NCBI GenBank assembly: GCA_965208125.1 | Contig: OZ242320.1 | Coordinates: 5,312,001-5,376,000, forward strand | DNA length: 64,000 nucleotides | Source: Candidatus Latescibacterota bacterium | GTDB taxonomy: Bacteria > Latescibacterota > UBA2968 | Reading direction: 5' to 3' | In this document: piece after piece, positions 47,585-57,252 of the stretch | Layout: every line of letters begins with the position of its first letter | How positions within the stretch are numbered: position 1 is the first letter of the stretch | Notes under the pieces: generated by a model | Told to the model about the DNA's origin: nothing | The model's database searches: none | What the model saw: the letters and a program-made list of their open reading frames with translations, nothing else | Made by a program: the position numbers and the translations under genes

Positions 47585-49195
47585 TCAATTCTCTTCCACA
47601 ACCACAACGCGGTCCACCCCAACATCTTCCAACACCTGCACGCGCCCACTCACCCAGCGCACCTCAATTCGATCCACGCGACGCGCATTGCCCAGCCCAA
47701 AATGCAGCCGCAAATCGCTCGCCGACAAATAGCTTGATTGGCTCCGAACCTCGCGCACCTGGATCTTACCCCCCGCGCTCACATGCACCACTGCCCCAAT
47801 CCCATCCCTATTTGAAAATCCACTTCTCGCTTCCCGCATCCCCCCCACCAGTTTTACAACGATCCAGTGTCCCGCGTCCCTACCCTCATTGCGGAACACC
47901 CGCGCACGCTTTCCCGAATGCAACACCACCAGATCCAGATCGCCATCTCCATCCAGATCGCCAACCGCCGACCCGCGACTCACCCCCGGCACCTCAACAC
48001 CCGCATTGACCACCTCAAATCGCCCATCTACATTGCGAAATATTTGATCCGCCTGTGAATAGGACTCAGCCCTGGAAAACGCCTGTACATTCGGAAAAAT
48101 ATGCCCATTTGCCACAAACAGATCCAGATCACCATCGTTGTCATAATCAAAAAAATGAGTGCCAAATCCCAGAGGCAGCAGAGACGCTCCGGCAATTCCG
48201 GTTGACACACTTTCCTCCATAAAAAACCCGCCCGCCGAACGCTGATAAATCGCATTGGTCTCGTAGGAGAAATTCGTCACAAAAATATCTGATCGCCCGT
48301 CCCCATCCACATCCCCCACATCGACCCCCATACCCGCCTGCGTCCGGCCCTGCACATTAAACGCCACACCCGCCTCTACACCCACATTCTCAAACCGTCC
48401 GCCCGTGTTGCGGTACAAAAAATTTGGCGTCGTATCATTTGCCACATAGAGATCGGTATCCCCATCCCCATCGTAATCCAAACTCACCACCCCAAGCCCC
48501 TTGCCCGAAGAATCCGCCACACCCGCCTCAAAGGACACATCTGTAAATAGCCCATTCCCCTCATTCCGATAAAGCAAATCCGGCGCACCCTCAAAATAGC
48601 CCGGATCGCAATACGTGCGAACGCCCACCCGTTCACAATGCGGGTCGGTTTCCACACGATATGTCAAATAGCGCACCACATACAAATCCAGATCGCCATC
48701 CCCATCCGCGTCAAAAAAAGTGGCACCAGCAGACCATCCACCGCCCTCCACACCTGCCTTCTTTTCCACAAAACCGCCACGACCATCATTCTGATACAGC
48801 ACATTGGCACCATAACCCGTCGTATAAAGATCGAGATCGCCATCGTTGTCATAGTCCCCAACCGTACACCCCATCCCATACCCCCCACCCGGCGCACCTG
48901 GTACAGCAGTAAAGCGAAATCCGCCATCGTTTCGATAAAGCGCGTTCTCGCCACCCGCCGGCCCGTGTTTTCCATTGACAAAATACAAATCCAGATCGCC
49001 ATCCCCATCCGCATCAAACATTGCACAGCCCGACCCCATGGTCTCTAAATAATGCCAATTCCCCCGCGCGCCGGTCCGATGCACAAACGAGACACCAGAC
49101 GCTTCTGAGACCTCCACAAATTGCTCTGCGGCAACAGAACCTGAACTTAAAAGCAAAAAAAGAATGCCAATGACTCTAATCACTAATACTCCCAT
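47585..49195 (-). CDS. Secreted CRTAC1-family FG-GAP + ASPIC/UnbV protein (generic type); start about 49195 or 49183
   Basis: 'ETMGSG...FD.DGDGDLDLYFVNG','GYGMG...GDYDNDG','GKGLGV','VANDTTPN','AGMGVD.GD','SRG.A.GD.D.DG','SNRDGIGA','SYLS....LHFGLG'. Confidence 0.9.
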   Translation of the reverse strand: MGVLVIRVIGILFLLLSSGSVAAEQFVEVSEASGVSFVHRTGARGNWHYLETMGSGCAMFDADGDGDLDLYFVNGKHGPAGGENALYRNDGGFRFTAVPGAPGGGYGMGCTVGDYDNDGDLDLYTTGYGANVLYQNDGRGGFVEKKAGVEGGGWSAGATFFDADGDGDLDLYVVRYLTYRVETDPHCERVGVRTYCDPGYFEGAPDLLYRNEGNGLFTDVSFEAGVADSSGKGLGVVSLDYDGDGDTDLYVANDTTPNFLYRNTGGRFENVGVEAGVAFNVQGRTQAGMGVDVGDVDGDGRSDIFVTNFSYETNAIYQRSAGGFFMEESVSTGIAGASLLPLGFGTHFFDYDNDGDLDLFVANGHIFPNVQAFSRAESYSQADQIFRNVDGRFEVVNAGVEVPGVSRGSAVGDLDGDGDLDLVVLHSGKRARVFRNEGRDAGHWIVVKLVGGMREARSGFSNRDGIGAVVHVSAGGKIQVREVRSQSSYLSASDLRLHFGLGNARRVDRIEVRWVSGRVQVLEDVGVDRVVVVEEN

Positions 49196-49226
49196 CCATC
49201 TGCGTTTATCTGCGAAAACGCTCAAA

Positions 49227-50729
49227 TTATTCGCGTTTTTTTTCTGTGGATGCTTTTGCCGCCATTGCCTCGGCCTCTGCTTTCCGCCCTGCCCGACCGT
49301 AGAGAATTGACAACTGGAGATATAACTCGCGCGGATCCTCTGCTCCTTCAATCACCTGGTCATACAACGCCCTTGCCGCGTCCATATCTCCCGCCACCGC
49401 ATGTGCCACACCCAATCGCACCAGCAACCCCGCAGAATACGCAATCTGATCTGCCTTGATCTGATATGTCGAGATACACTTATTCAGATGTCCCGTATTC
49501 GCCTGTGCCTGACTGATCTGATAGTAAATATAGAACGCGGCATAGGCAATCGGATCCATCGCCACAATCCGCTCATACCCCTCTACCACATCACGCGACA
49601 ACCCATCGGCACACAAAAACATATCTGCCTTGCGTCTCAATGCCTCATCGGATACCATACCCCCTTCACCCAGCGCAAAAGCCGCATCATAAGACTGCCG
49701 CGCCCGATCTACATCTCCCAATGCCTGATAGGACAGCCCCAGAGCCAGATAGACCACGGGAACCTCCGGACTAAACCGCCATGGCAAATCCGGATCTTCC
49801 ACCAGAGTGACCGCTTCCCGGTAAACCTCTATTGCCTTCTCGTGCTGCCCCAGCCTCACAAACCTATCTGCAAAATCCAGTAAATCAGCTATCTTATCAA
49901 ATCTCACGGGAAACACATACTGATCTCGAACCGCGTGCCGGTGGCGTTTGTCAAAAAATTTAAACGTCTCCCACTCTTGTCGCGCCAACAGCGAATCGCC
50001 CAAATTTCGATACGCCTGTGCCAGTCCATAATGGGGTTTGGGATCTTCAAAATCGATTTCCGTCGCCCGTTTGTATGCTGATGCAGCAGATGCATAATCG
50101 CCCTGCATCAGCAGAATTTTTCCCACCTCTAAATGCGCCTCTTTGCGATCCGAAAACATATGGACAGCCTTTTGAAACGCCTCCAGCGCCTCGTCGTAAC
50201 GCTCCTGTTTAACAAGTGCAAGACCATATCCGTAAACCGCCAGATCATCCGTTGGATCCCGCTCCAAAACAGCCCTAAACGCCTCTTCCGAATCGGAATA
50301 CACCCCTGCCAATTCAGCTACAAAACCCAGATTGCGGTAAAAGAGTGTCGCATCGGGTTCTATCGCAATCGCCTGCTCAAATGCTTCAATCGCCGGACTG
50401 TAATTTCGCTGAAAAAAATACACAAATCCCAGATCGTTGTGCGCTCCCGCATCCTCTATTTTCAGATGGATGGCCCGTCGCAAATTCTCTCCCACCTCGC
50501 GCAGATCGCCCTGCCGCGTCACAATCTGGAGCCATCCCAAAAATCGGTACGCATCCGCCGCTGTCGAATCGGCTGCGATCACATCCTCACACCGCATCAT
50601 TGCCCCGTAATAATTGCCCTTGATAATATCGACCAGCACCGAGTCCATCTCCGATGGCTCAACTGCCCCAACATTTGGAACAAAAAGCATCCACATAGCC
50701 AGAGTGTAACCAAACCTTTTCAAAATCAC
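49227..50729 (-). CDS. Exported TPR-repeat protein; start about 50723-50732
   Basis: Signal-peptide-like N-terminus after GAGGAGG RBS; many TPR units ('AHNDLG..Y.....Y..AI.AF..AI...P','P.PHYGLA.AY..LG'). Confidence 0.8.
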   Translation of the reverse strand: MILKRFGYTLAMWMLFVPNVGAVEPSEMDSVLVDIIKGNYYGAMMRCEDVIAADSTAADAYRFLGWLQIVTRQGDLREVGENLRRAIHLKIEDAGAHNDLGFVYFFQRNYSPAIEAFEQAIAIEPDATLFYRNLGFVAELAGVYSDSEEAFRAVLERDPTDDLAVYGYGLALVKQERYDEALEAFQKAVHMFSDRKEAHLEVGKILLMQGDYASAASAYKRATEIDFEDPKPHYGLAQAYRNLGDSLLARQEWETFKFFDKRHRHAVRDQYVFPVRFDKIADLLDFADRFVRLGQHEKAIEVYREAVTLVEDPDLPWRFSPEVPVVYLALGLSYQALGDVDRARQSYDAAFALGEGGMVSDEALRRKADMFLCADGLSRDVVEGYERIVAMDPIAYAAFYIYYQISQAQANTGHLNKCISTYQIKADQIAYSAGLLVRLGVAHAVAGDMDAARALYDQVIEGAEDPRELYLQLSILYGRAGRKAEAEAMAAKASTEKKRE

Positions 50730-50737
50730 CAACCTCC

Positions 50738-52687
50738 TCAATACAAATGAATCCAGTGACCCCGCCCCATAAACCACAGTACATCCACGGCAAACGACAC
50801 CCCTATCCCCAGTGAATATCCCGAAAGCAGACCTGTAAACAGCGGACGATACTGCCGATAAAGCGTCACACCACCAATTTTCACAATCAAAAACTTACAC
50901 GCCCAGGCAATAAAAATAGACCACGTCGATTTCGTGGCACGGCCACTCCCGCCCACGGCAAACCCAATCGGATGCAACGGCCACCAGGGCAAGCGGTAGC
51001 GCAACACCGTCAACAGCGTCATGCCCACCACACCAACCCCAAAAAACATCAGACGAGAAGATGCTGGTCCCTGAGGGCTTTGCATCATATTTACCGCCCG
51101 CGCAAACACGCTATCGCGGCCATAGCGAAATGGAAACCCTCCAAAATTATACGCGCCCTGTTCATAGCCCCAGCCCAGGCTCAAATAAATACACAGAGGA
51201 ATACCCACCAGCAGTGCCAGCCCCATGCTCTTGCCCAGTCGCCTCTGATCGGTACCGGCCAGATCACCCATCTTCGCACTATTGGCCAGAGACGACATAA
51301 ACAGGCCCTTGCCGTGAAAAAATAGCCCCTCTGTAAATGCCAGCGTTGTAATCGTCCCCCCCGCCATAGACACCGACCCCAAACAATTGGTCACCAATGT
51401 CTGCGGACTTACCCCCCATGCCAGATAGAGCAAACCACTCTCACACACCACCTTTGCCAGTCCCAAACACACTCCGTAGAGCGCGAGCAAAAACAGAACG
51501 CCGATGTACCACTCGATCCCTGCCATACACAGCCATAGCAAACAAAATCCCGATCCCAGAATCACGCCCACTACAGCCGTGCGATAAGACAACATTTCAC
51601 CCGAATCATCCACCCCGTACTTTGTATTGATCGCTTTTCTCACCACATCCCGCAGATGATGCCGCGCCGTCCACAATGCCCACCAGACCAGCGCAAACAA
51701 CGCCCCCAGATTTTCCCAGGCACTCGCCGCACCTGTACCCGGACCCAAATCCAGACCAATGCGATTGAAAATCCCATTCTGCGCCCAGTAAATTAGATAA
51801 AAAAACCAGAGACTAAACAACACATCCAGATTGGCAAAATAACCAAATCCGATAATGTACAAATTGACCCTGTTGGTCATCGCGGGGAACCCGTCGATAA
51901 ATACCAGATCTTTGCGCCCAAAAAAGTTGATACGGGGCCAGGCATCCCAGAAATACCATACAAAATTCCATGCCAAAAGCCCAAATCCAACAACAAACCC
52001 GACCCAGAACAGCTTATTGCGCATCAGCCCAGACCATATCCCCTCATCTCCTTCAATCAGATCGGACACCGGTGAAATCAGGGGATAAACCAGACGCTCA
52101 CTTTCCACCCATTGTTTTCTCAGCATCACCGCCATACACAGCAGCACAAAAGTCAGCACACCGATCAGACACATCCACCAGAATAACGGCATAATCCAGA
52201 CCGACCAGGGCACTGAGCCTGAGGGTAGCCCCTCAAAAAACCCCTGCATTGCGCCGCGCTCATTCAAAGGCGCCAACCACGAAGGGATAGTCGGATGCAA
52301 CAGGGCTTCCCATTGATTCTCTGGCGAGGCAAAATAATAAGGCGCAGCCAGCACACCGAGGAAAAATCCCAAAAGACCGCTACCGGGGATATGCGCCCCA
52401 ATCAATCCCATCGCGGCAACAGTCAAAAGCTCTGAACGCGAGAGCATATACCCTGGATAAATCCATTTCAAAAGCGGGTTCAAACCCAGCACCACAACCA
52501 CAAACCACATAAAAAAACCCACCGGGAAGTGACTCACGTTCATAGAAGACGACCGCGCCACTGGCTCGGAAAATGTAATCACCGCGACTTCGGCACAGAC
52601 CAGCACCAGGCCCAGCAACACAGCGCGAGCGGTCACGCCCCGGCCGGCAGACTGAATCGCAACAGATGTATCAAAAGCCAGACTCAT
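50738..52687 (-). CDS. DUF6785/DUF6784-type multi-pass membrane protein (putative transporter), paralog 2
   Basis: Same motifs as 41150-43096: 'RAVLLG','APYYFASPEN.W','RKQW...ERL.YPL','YFAN.DVLFS.WFF','WPLHPIG'. Confidence 0.75.
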   Translation of the reverse strand: MSLAFDTSVAIQSAGRGVTARAVLLGLVLVCAEVAVITFSEPVARSSSMNVSHFPVGFFMWFVVVVLGLNPLLKWIYPGYMLSRSELLTVAAMGLIGAHIPGSGLLGFFLGVLAAPYYFASPENQWEALLHPTIPSWLAPLNERGAMQGFFEGLPSGSVPWSVWIMPLFWWMCLIGVLTFVLLCMAVMLRKQWVESERLVYPLISPVSDLIEGDEGIWSGLMRNKLFWVGFVVGFGLLAWNFVWYFWDAWPRINFFGRKDLVFIDGFPAMTNRVNLYIIGFGYFANLDVLFSLWFFYLIYWAQNGIFNRIGLDLGPGTGAASAWENLGALFALVWWALWTARHHLRDVVRKAINTKYGVDDSGEMLSYRTAVVGVILGSGFCLLWLCMAGIEWYIGVLFLLALYGVCLGLAKVVCESGLLYLAWGVSPQTLVTNCLGSVSMAGGTITTLAFTEGLFFHGKGLFMSSLANSAKMGDLAGTDQRRLGKSMGLALLVGIPLCIYLSLGWGYEQGAYNFGGFPFRYGRDSVFARAVNMMQSPQGPASSRLMFFGVGVVGMTLLTVLRYRLPWWPLHPIGFAVGGSGRATKSTWSIFIAWACKFLIVKIGGVTLYRQYRPLFTGLLSGYSLGIGVSFAVDVLWFMGRGHWIHLY

Positions 52688-53598
52688 TACTCTTTCTCCA
52701 GCTTATCCAGTTTTCGGCTGAAAATCACCTCTATATGTGCTTTGATATCTTCAATCGGTTTTGACGTACCGGCCAAGCGCACCTGTGGCCAGCCCAGGGC
52801 AATCTTCATATTGTGGGAAAGCACAAGCCCGCGGTCAATATCGATCTCCCAATCAGCATTTCCCGAACCCTTGCCGTCAATTACCAGCGAAATCACTGCA
52901 ATGTACAACCAGGTTCGATAATGCACCTCGCGCTCCTCTTCAATCTCCACCACCCGATACCCCTTTTGCTCTTTGACCTTCTTCAACTTATAGGTACTGG
53001 TAAACTGCACGAGCGATGGCTCAAACCCCGCATCGAAATCGTAAAACGGCACCTCAATGCGCTGTTCGCCCTCCCAGGTATCCCCGATCGATACCGCCTG
53101 ATCGGGCAGCACTGGCGCGAGACCGGGCATCCAGATCTGGCGCAACTCTGTAATCATATCCTTGCGTTGCCGGGCCTTAAAAGCCGAAAAATCGGGATCA
53201 AACTCGACCACCTGCCCCCCGGGCGCAATCCTCCAGACAAATGAAAGATCGTTCAACAAATCCAGAGTATAGGGGAATTGCTCATAGGTCAACCGTTCAT
53301 CCGACACCATGGCCTGACTGCCGGCCTTATCTACTTTAGCCATCACTTTCGCGCTATCCCCCCCTTCGACCACCATTTCGCGGCTTCGCCATTCCCCGTA
53401 ACTCTGTATAGTAAACGAGCCTTCTCTCAAAATTATCTCGGCCTTATCGCTAAAATAATCCAGGCGATACTTGTTTTTATAGCGCACCGTCCGCCCTTCG
53501 GGATACTGCAACTTCACTACCACCTGATCTGTGGCGCAGACCTCCCCTCCCACCACTATAATCCCCATCGCACACAGAATCCATCTCAAAACTTTCAC
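52687..53598 (-). CDS. Exported beta-rich hypothetical protein (DUF6263-like)
   Basis: Signal peptide; 'L.Y..G....Y', 'LP...V.IGDTW', 'G.G......D...G.V' pattern. Confidence 0.5.
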   Translation of the reverse strand: MKVLRWILCAMGIIVVGGEVCATDQVVVKLQYPEGRTVRYKNKYRLDYFSDKAEIILREGSFTIQSYGEWRSREMVVEGGDSAKVMAKVDKAGSQAMVSDERLTYEQFPYTLDLLNDLSFVWRIAPGGQVVEFDPDFSAFKARQRKDMITELRQIWMPGLAPVLPDQAVSIGDTWEGEQRIEVPFYDFDAGFEPSLVQFTSTYKLKKVKEQKGYRVVEIEEEREVHYRTWLYIAVISLVIDGKGSGNADWEIDIDRGLVLSHNMKIALGWPQVRLAGTSKPIEDIKAHIEVIFSRKLDKLEKE

Positions 53599-53644
53599 AG
53601 CGTCCTCCTTTCTGATGCCACCCCACCTCCTCTACCTCCTCTGC

Positions 53645-54529
53645 CTATTTTTTCAAAAAAGTCTCAGGCCATTTCGGCTCGTAATCGCTCTCAAACAGCC
53701 AGTCGAAATTCTCGGGCACAATATGAGCGCGATCAGGACGCAACTTCTCTCGTAGCCGCGGGAAAAACGACATCACCCCATCGCGCTGGCTCTTCGGCAA
53801 CCCGCAGGGCACGCCCGTAGCGACCCATGCCGTTAGCATCGCCTTGCGGGGCACCGTATCCTCGTTCTGCCATGCAGAATGCAATCCCCCGCTGCACAAA
53901 ATCAAAATCTGCCCTCGACGCGCAACAGCCGGAACCGGCTCCTGTTCCAGCCAGGGCGTATCAACCAGTTCGGGCACATGCTCAGGATAAGCTGGCGCAG
54001 TATCCGGCGGCTCGGGACGCAACCCGTGGACGCGGGGCAACATCGCCTTGTGCTCTGGCGTCAAAATCCGGCTCCAGTGTTCCATAATCGGGCGATGACT
54101 ACCCGGCAAAATGCGCATAGCCCCCCGATGCTCGGGCACGTCATTGACCCAGAACCACAACTCAGCGCGCATCCGTCGGGGCGTCGCCTGAAAATCTTCC
54201 CAGGTCGCCTGGATATCGACGTGGCATCCATTCCCCCATTGCTCGCGGACGCTCGCAAAAGGTGCGCTGCTCGGTGCGCGCTCATGGGGTGACAATCCCC
54301 ACCACAGATGTACAGAATCGGCCCGCAATACCTTCTTGGCGACCTCCTCCAAATAGGGATGCTGGACAACATCGACATAATCCGGCTCTTCATAAGGCGG
54401 ACGCCCGCTCGCCTTCAACCTGTCCCATGCCGCTTCGGCGCAGTCCAACTCCTCGGTCGTGAAAGGGCTATCGATCGTAACGGCCCCCTCCTCATCGTAT
54501 TGCCTCATTTGTGCATCGGTAAATAACAT
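53645..54529 (-). CDS. PhyH-family Fe(II)/2-oxoglutarate dioxygenase; likely start 54529
   Basis: 'T..Q..QY.EEG', HxD 'HVD', 'GAMR.LPGSH', 'G.........LHS...N.....R'; GAGGGAGG RBS. Confidence 0.8.
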   Translation of the reverse strand: MLFTDAQMRQYDEEGAVTIDSPFTTEELDCAEAAWDRLKASGRPPYEEPDYVDVVQHPYLEEVAKKVLRADSVHLWWGLSPHERAPSSAPFASVREQWGNGCHVDIQATWEDFQATPRRMRAELWFWVNDVPEHRGAMRILPGSHRPIMEHWSRILTPEHKAMLPRVHGLRPEPPDTAPAYPEHVPELVDTPWLEQEPVPAVARRGQILILCSGGLHSAWQNEDTVPRKAMLTAWVATGVPCGLPKSQRDGVMSFFPRLREKLRPDRAHIVPENFDWLFESDYEPKWPETFLKK

Positions 54530-54732
54530 AGTTCCTCCCTCACTTGAATCAGACCATCCATATCTAAATGAACCAATCCCTTGCATAGTTTATCGTCTCT
54601 CGATCCAAAATTCAAGCCAAATACCACAAGCTATGCCTTGTGTGAGACAAACTGATAGCCTATATTTCTTTTATACATATCCAGAACCCAGATCTTACCT
54701 GTACACTATCGTCTCGTATGCGGAGGCTCATC

Positions 54733-57174
54733 ATGCCTGTTCTGCGACAAATAGCCATTGCACTTGGTCTCATCCTCTGCCTTGTCCAGATCGTGCCCGC
54801 CAATCAAAATGCCGTGCGCGATTCTCTCATCGCCCTTGGAAAAGCTCAGTATCAGGTAAAAGAAGATAAAAAGGCAATGGAGCACTTAAAGGCTGCTCTC
54901 GAACAGGACCCAGAGGGAATTGAAACCCTGATAGCTGTGGGAAATGCCTATTTCGACATCGGACAACTGGAACACGCCATGCGGGCCTATAAAGACGCCA
55001 TGGAAATCAACGCAGCCTCTGCTCCGGCCCAAATGGGTATAGCACGCATACACTATCGGCGTGCCGCAGGTGGCTTTCTCGCCGTACGCAATGCCCGCAA
55101 AGCCGTCTCCGAAGCTCGCCGCGCTACCCGCATGGACCCCAATTATGCGCCGGCCTATATCCTTTTGGGCAAAAGCTACGAGCGCCTGAACGAAAATTAC
55201 GCTGCCGCCTTAAGAGCCTACGCCCGCGCCCTGAAACTCCGGCCCTACGATGGTGAAACTGCCCGTCTGTTTGGCATAGCTTATATTGAGCATCGCCGCA
55301 GGACGCAAGGAGACCGGACAAATCCGAAATACTTCCTCGACGAAACGACGCTCAAAAACCTCGAAACTCATCTCGAAGACCACGCCTTTCTCCACATCGC
55401 CGCCCAAATTTACTTTGATCAGGGAGAAGCGCAGCAAGCCCTTGAAACTTTCGAGCGCTATATCGATGCCCTGCCCGAGCAAGAGCAAGCCTATTACCGC
55501 GACATCAGTGCAATAGGAACCAAACGGGAAATCGAAGCTTATGAACAAACATCCGACACCGAGAAATCCGAATTCTTGAAACAATTCTGGACCCGACGCG
55601 ACCTCGATCTCTTGACAGAAGTCAACGAAAGGCTTTTTGAACACTACCGCCGGGTCTGGTATGCACTACAGCACTTTGGCCTGGGGAAAAAGCCCTGGGA
55701 TGTTCGCGGAGATATTTACATCCGCTATGGCGATCCAGACCACCGGGCGCGCTCAGGCCAGGCAGCCCCCCAGATGACCGCAGCTGTCGAACAGGTCAAA
55801 GAACGCCTTGCCCTTGTACTTTACGGTCCGGAATCCATCGATGAAACCTTTATCGGCCCTGTCTATCCAGTGCGAAGCAACCAATCCTTTATGGGCGCCC
55901 TCGACCCATCCGCCATTCAGCGCGTTGATGAAGGCGGCAATCTGCTCGGCGATAATATCATCCTCGACGAAGCCGACGAAGCTGTTGAAGATGCCAGCGA
56001 GGCCGGCAGTGCCCAGCAGGACGCCCTCGAAAATTTCCACCAGCGCCAGACGCGCCCTGACAATATCCACCATTTCCGCCCCGTCACCACCAGTGGCGAC
56101 ATGACCATTGTCCCGTGGGAATCCTGGGTTTATACCAACGTGGGAGAAGGCATCGAGATCACATTTACAGATGAACACAGCAATGGCGTTTACGACTATG
56201 CGCCCATCCCTGACTTCCCCGAACAAGACGGCTCTGTTGGCCTGCATCGGTATTCCCAGTTTGCCTATTTCTCACCCCATACAGCGGCCATCCGCGCCGT
56301 TATGGAAATCCCCGATTTCTACAGACCCGGAGGTCCAATGTCGGGCCTGGGATTCTCCTACGACTTTGCCGACTTCCGAGGCTCAGACGGAAAAACGACC
56401 ATTGAAGTCTATTACGGCATTGATCCCGTGGAAATGGGCACCTTTGCATCGGGTGATACCAGTACCATCCTGGCCGATTGCGCCATTGTTCTGACCGACA
56501 CATCTTACACGCAAATATACCGCACACAAGACCTGCTCGGTTACAGAGCACTCGGACACAGAAAGTGGCCTGAAGGAGCATTCATCCCCAACATCCTTTC
56601 CGTAGATATTCCCCCTGGAGAATATCTGCTCACTGTTCAACTCAACGACCGGGCCTCAGAACGCAAGGGTATCTACCGACACCGCATCCAGGTAGAATCC
56701 TATGACGATCAAAATCTGTACCTCAGCGACATTCAATTAGGCTATTACATCTCTGACACAGGTGGAGACGAAAAATTTAAAAAAGGAGACATCTACGTAA
56801 TTCCCATGACCACCCGGGCCTATCGCGAAGACCAGAGTGCCTACATGTATTACGAAGTCTATAACCTGACCCCAAACACCTTTGGGGAGACCCGCTATCG
56901 CATCACCTATACCATCGGCTCTGAAAATCCCAAACGTCCCTTTAACCTCCTGCGCAGCAGTGTTGGTACTCTAACCAGATTATTTGCACGCGAGGAAAAG
57001 ACTCAGGTAAAGGTCAGCGTTGATCAGGTCGGCAACGAACACAACACGGCTGGCTATCTCGAACTCAGTTTAAAAAAAGTCAAGCCCGGATACAATCGTC
57101 TCACCGTCACCATAGAAGATCTCACCAGCAAGCAAATCGCAGCTAAGGAAATTTTATTTCGGTACAAAAAATAA
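54733..57174 (+). CDS. Exported TPR + GWxTD-type domain protein; likely start 54733
   Basis: Signal peptide, N-terminal TPRs, 'FL..FW..RD....T..NE...EH.RR..YA...F', degenerate 'WDVRGDIYIRYGDPD', 'E.W.Y', 'PG.Y.L...L.D', 'LSDI.L', 'YYEVYNL'. Confidence 0.8.
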   Translation: MPVLRQIAIALGLILCLVQIVPANQNAVRDSLIALGKAQYQVKEDKKAMEHLKAALEQDPEGIETLIAVGNAYFDIGQLEHAMRAYKDAMEINAASAPAQMGIARIHYRRAAGGFLAVRNARKAVSEARRATRMDPNYAPAYILLGKSYERLNENYAAALRAYARALKLRPYDGETARLFGIAYIEHRRRTQGDRTNPKYFLDETTLKNLETHLEDHAFLHIAAQIYFDQGEAQQALETFERYIDALPEQEQAYYRDISAIGTKREIEAYEQTSDTEKSEFLKQFWTRRDLDLLTEVNERLFEHYRRVWYALQHFGLGKKPWDVRGDIYIRYGDPDHRARSGQAAPQMTAAVEQVKERLALVLYGPESIDETFIGPVYPVRSNQSFMGALDPSAIQRVDEGGNLLGDNIILDEADEAVEDASEAGSAQQDALENFHQRQTRPDNIHHFRPVTTSGDMTIVPWESWVYTNVGEGIEITFTDEHSNGVYDYAPIPDFPEQDGSVGLHRYSQFAYFSPHTAAIRAVMEIPDFYRPGGPMSGLGFSYDFADFRGSDGKTTIEVYYGIDPVEMGTFASGDTSTILADCAIVLTDTSYTQIYRTQDLLGYRALGHRKWPEGAFIPNILSVDIPPGEYLLTVQLNDRASERKGIYRHRIQVESYDDQNLYLSDIQLGYYISDTGGDEKFKKGDIYVIPMTTRAYREDQSAYMYYEVYNLTPNTFGETRYRITYTIGSENPKRPFNLLRSSVGTLTRLFAREEKTQVKVSVDQVGNEHNTAGYLELSLKKVKPGYNRLTVTIEDLTSKQIAAKEILFRYKK

Positions 57175-57198
57175 AATCGCCTACTTTGCTCCCAACAG

Positions 57199-57236
57199 AA
57201 AAGGCGATCAGACTTCCGTCCGATCGCCTTTTTTTT
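57199..57236. terminator. Bidirectional intrinsic terminator
   Basis: AAAAGGCGATC...GATCGCCTTTTTTTT hairpin between convergent genes. Confidence 0.85.
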
Positions 57237-57252
57237 CTGGCTATAAACAATA

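Noticed and set aside
46259-49195. Recurrent 'ccagatcgccatccccatcc'-like DNA repeats as CRISPR or tandem array
   Set aside because: They encode DxDGDG calcium loops inside propeller genes, with irregular spacing and degenerate sequence
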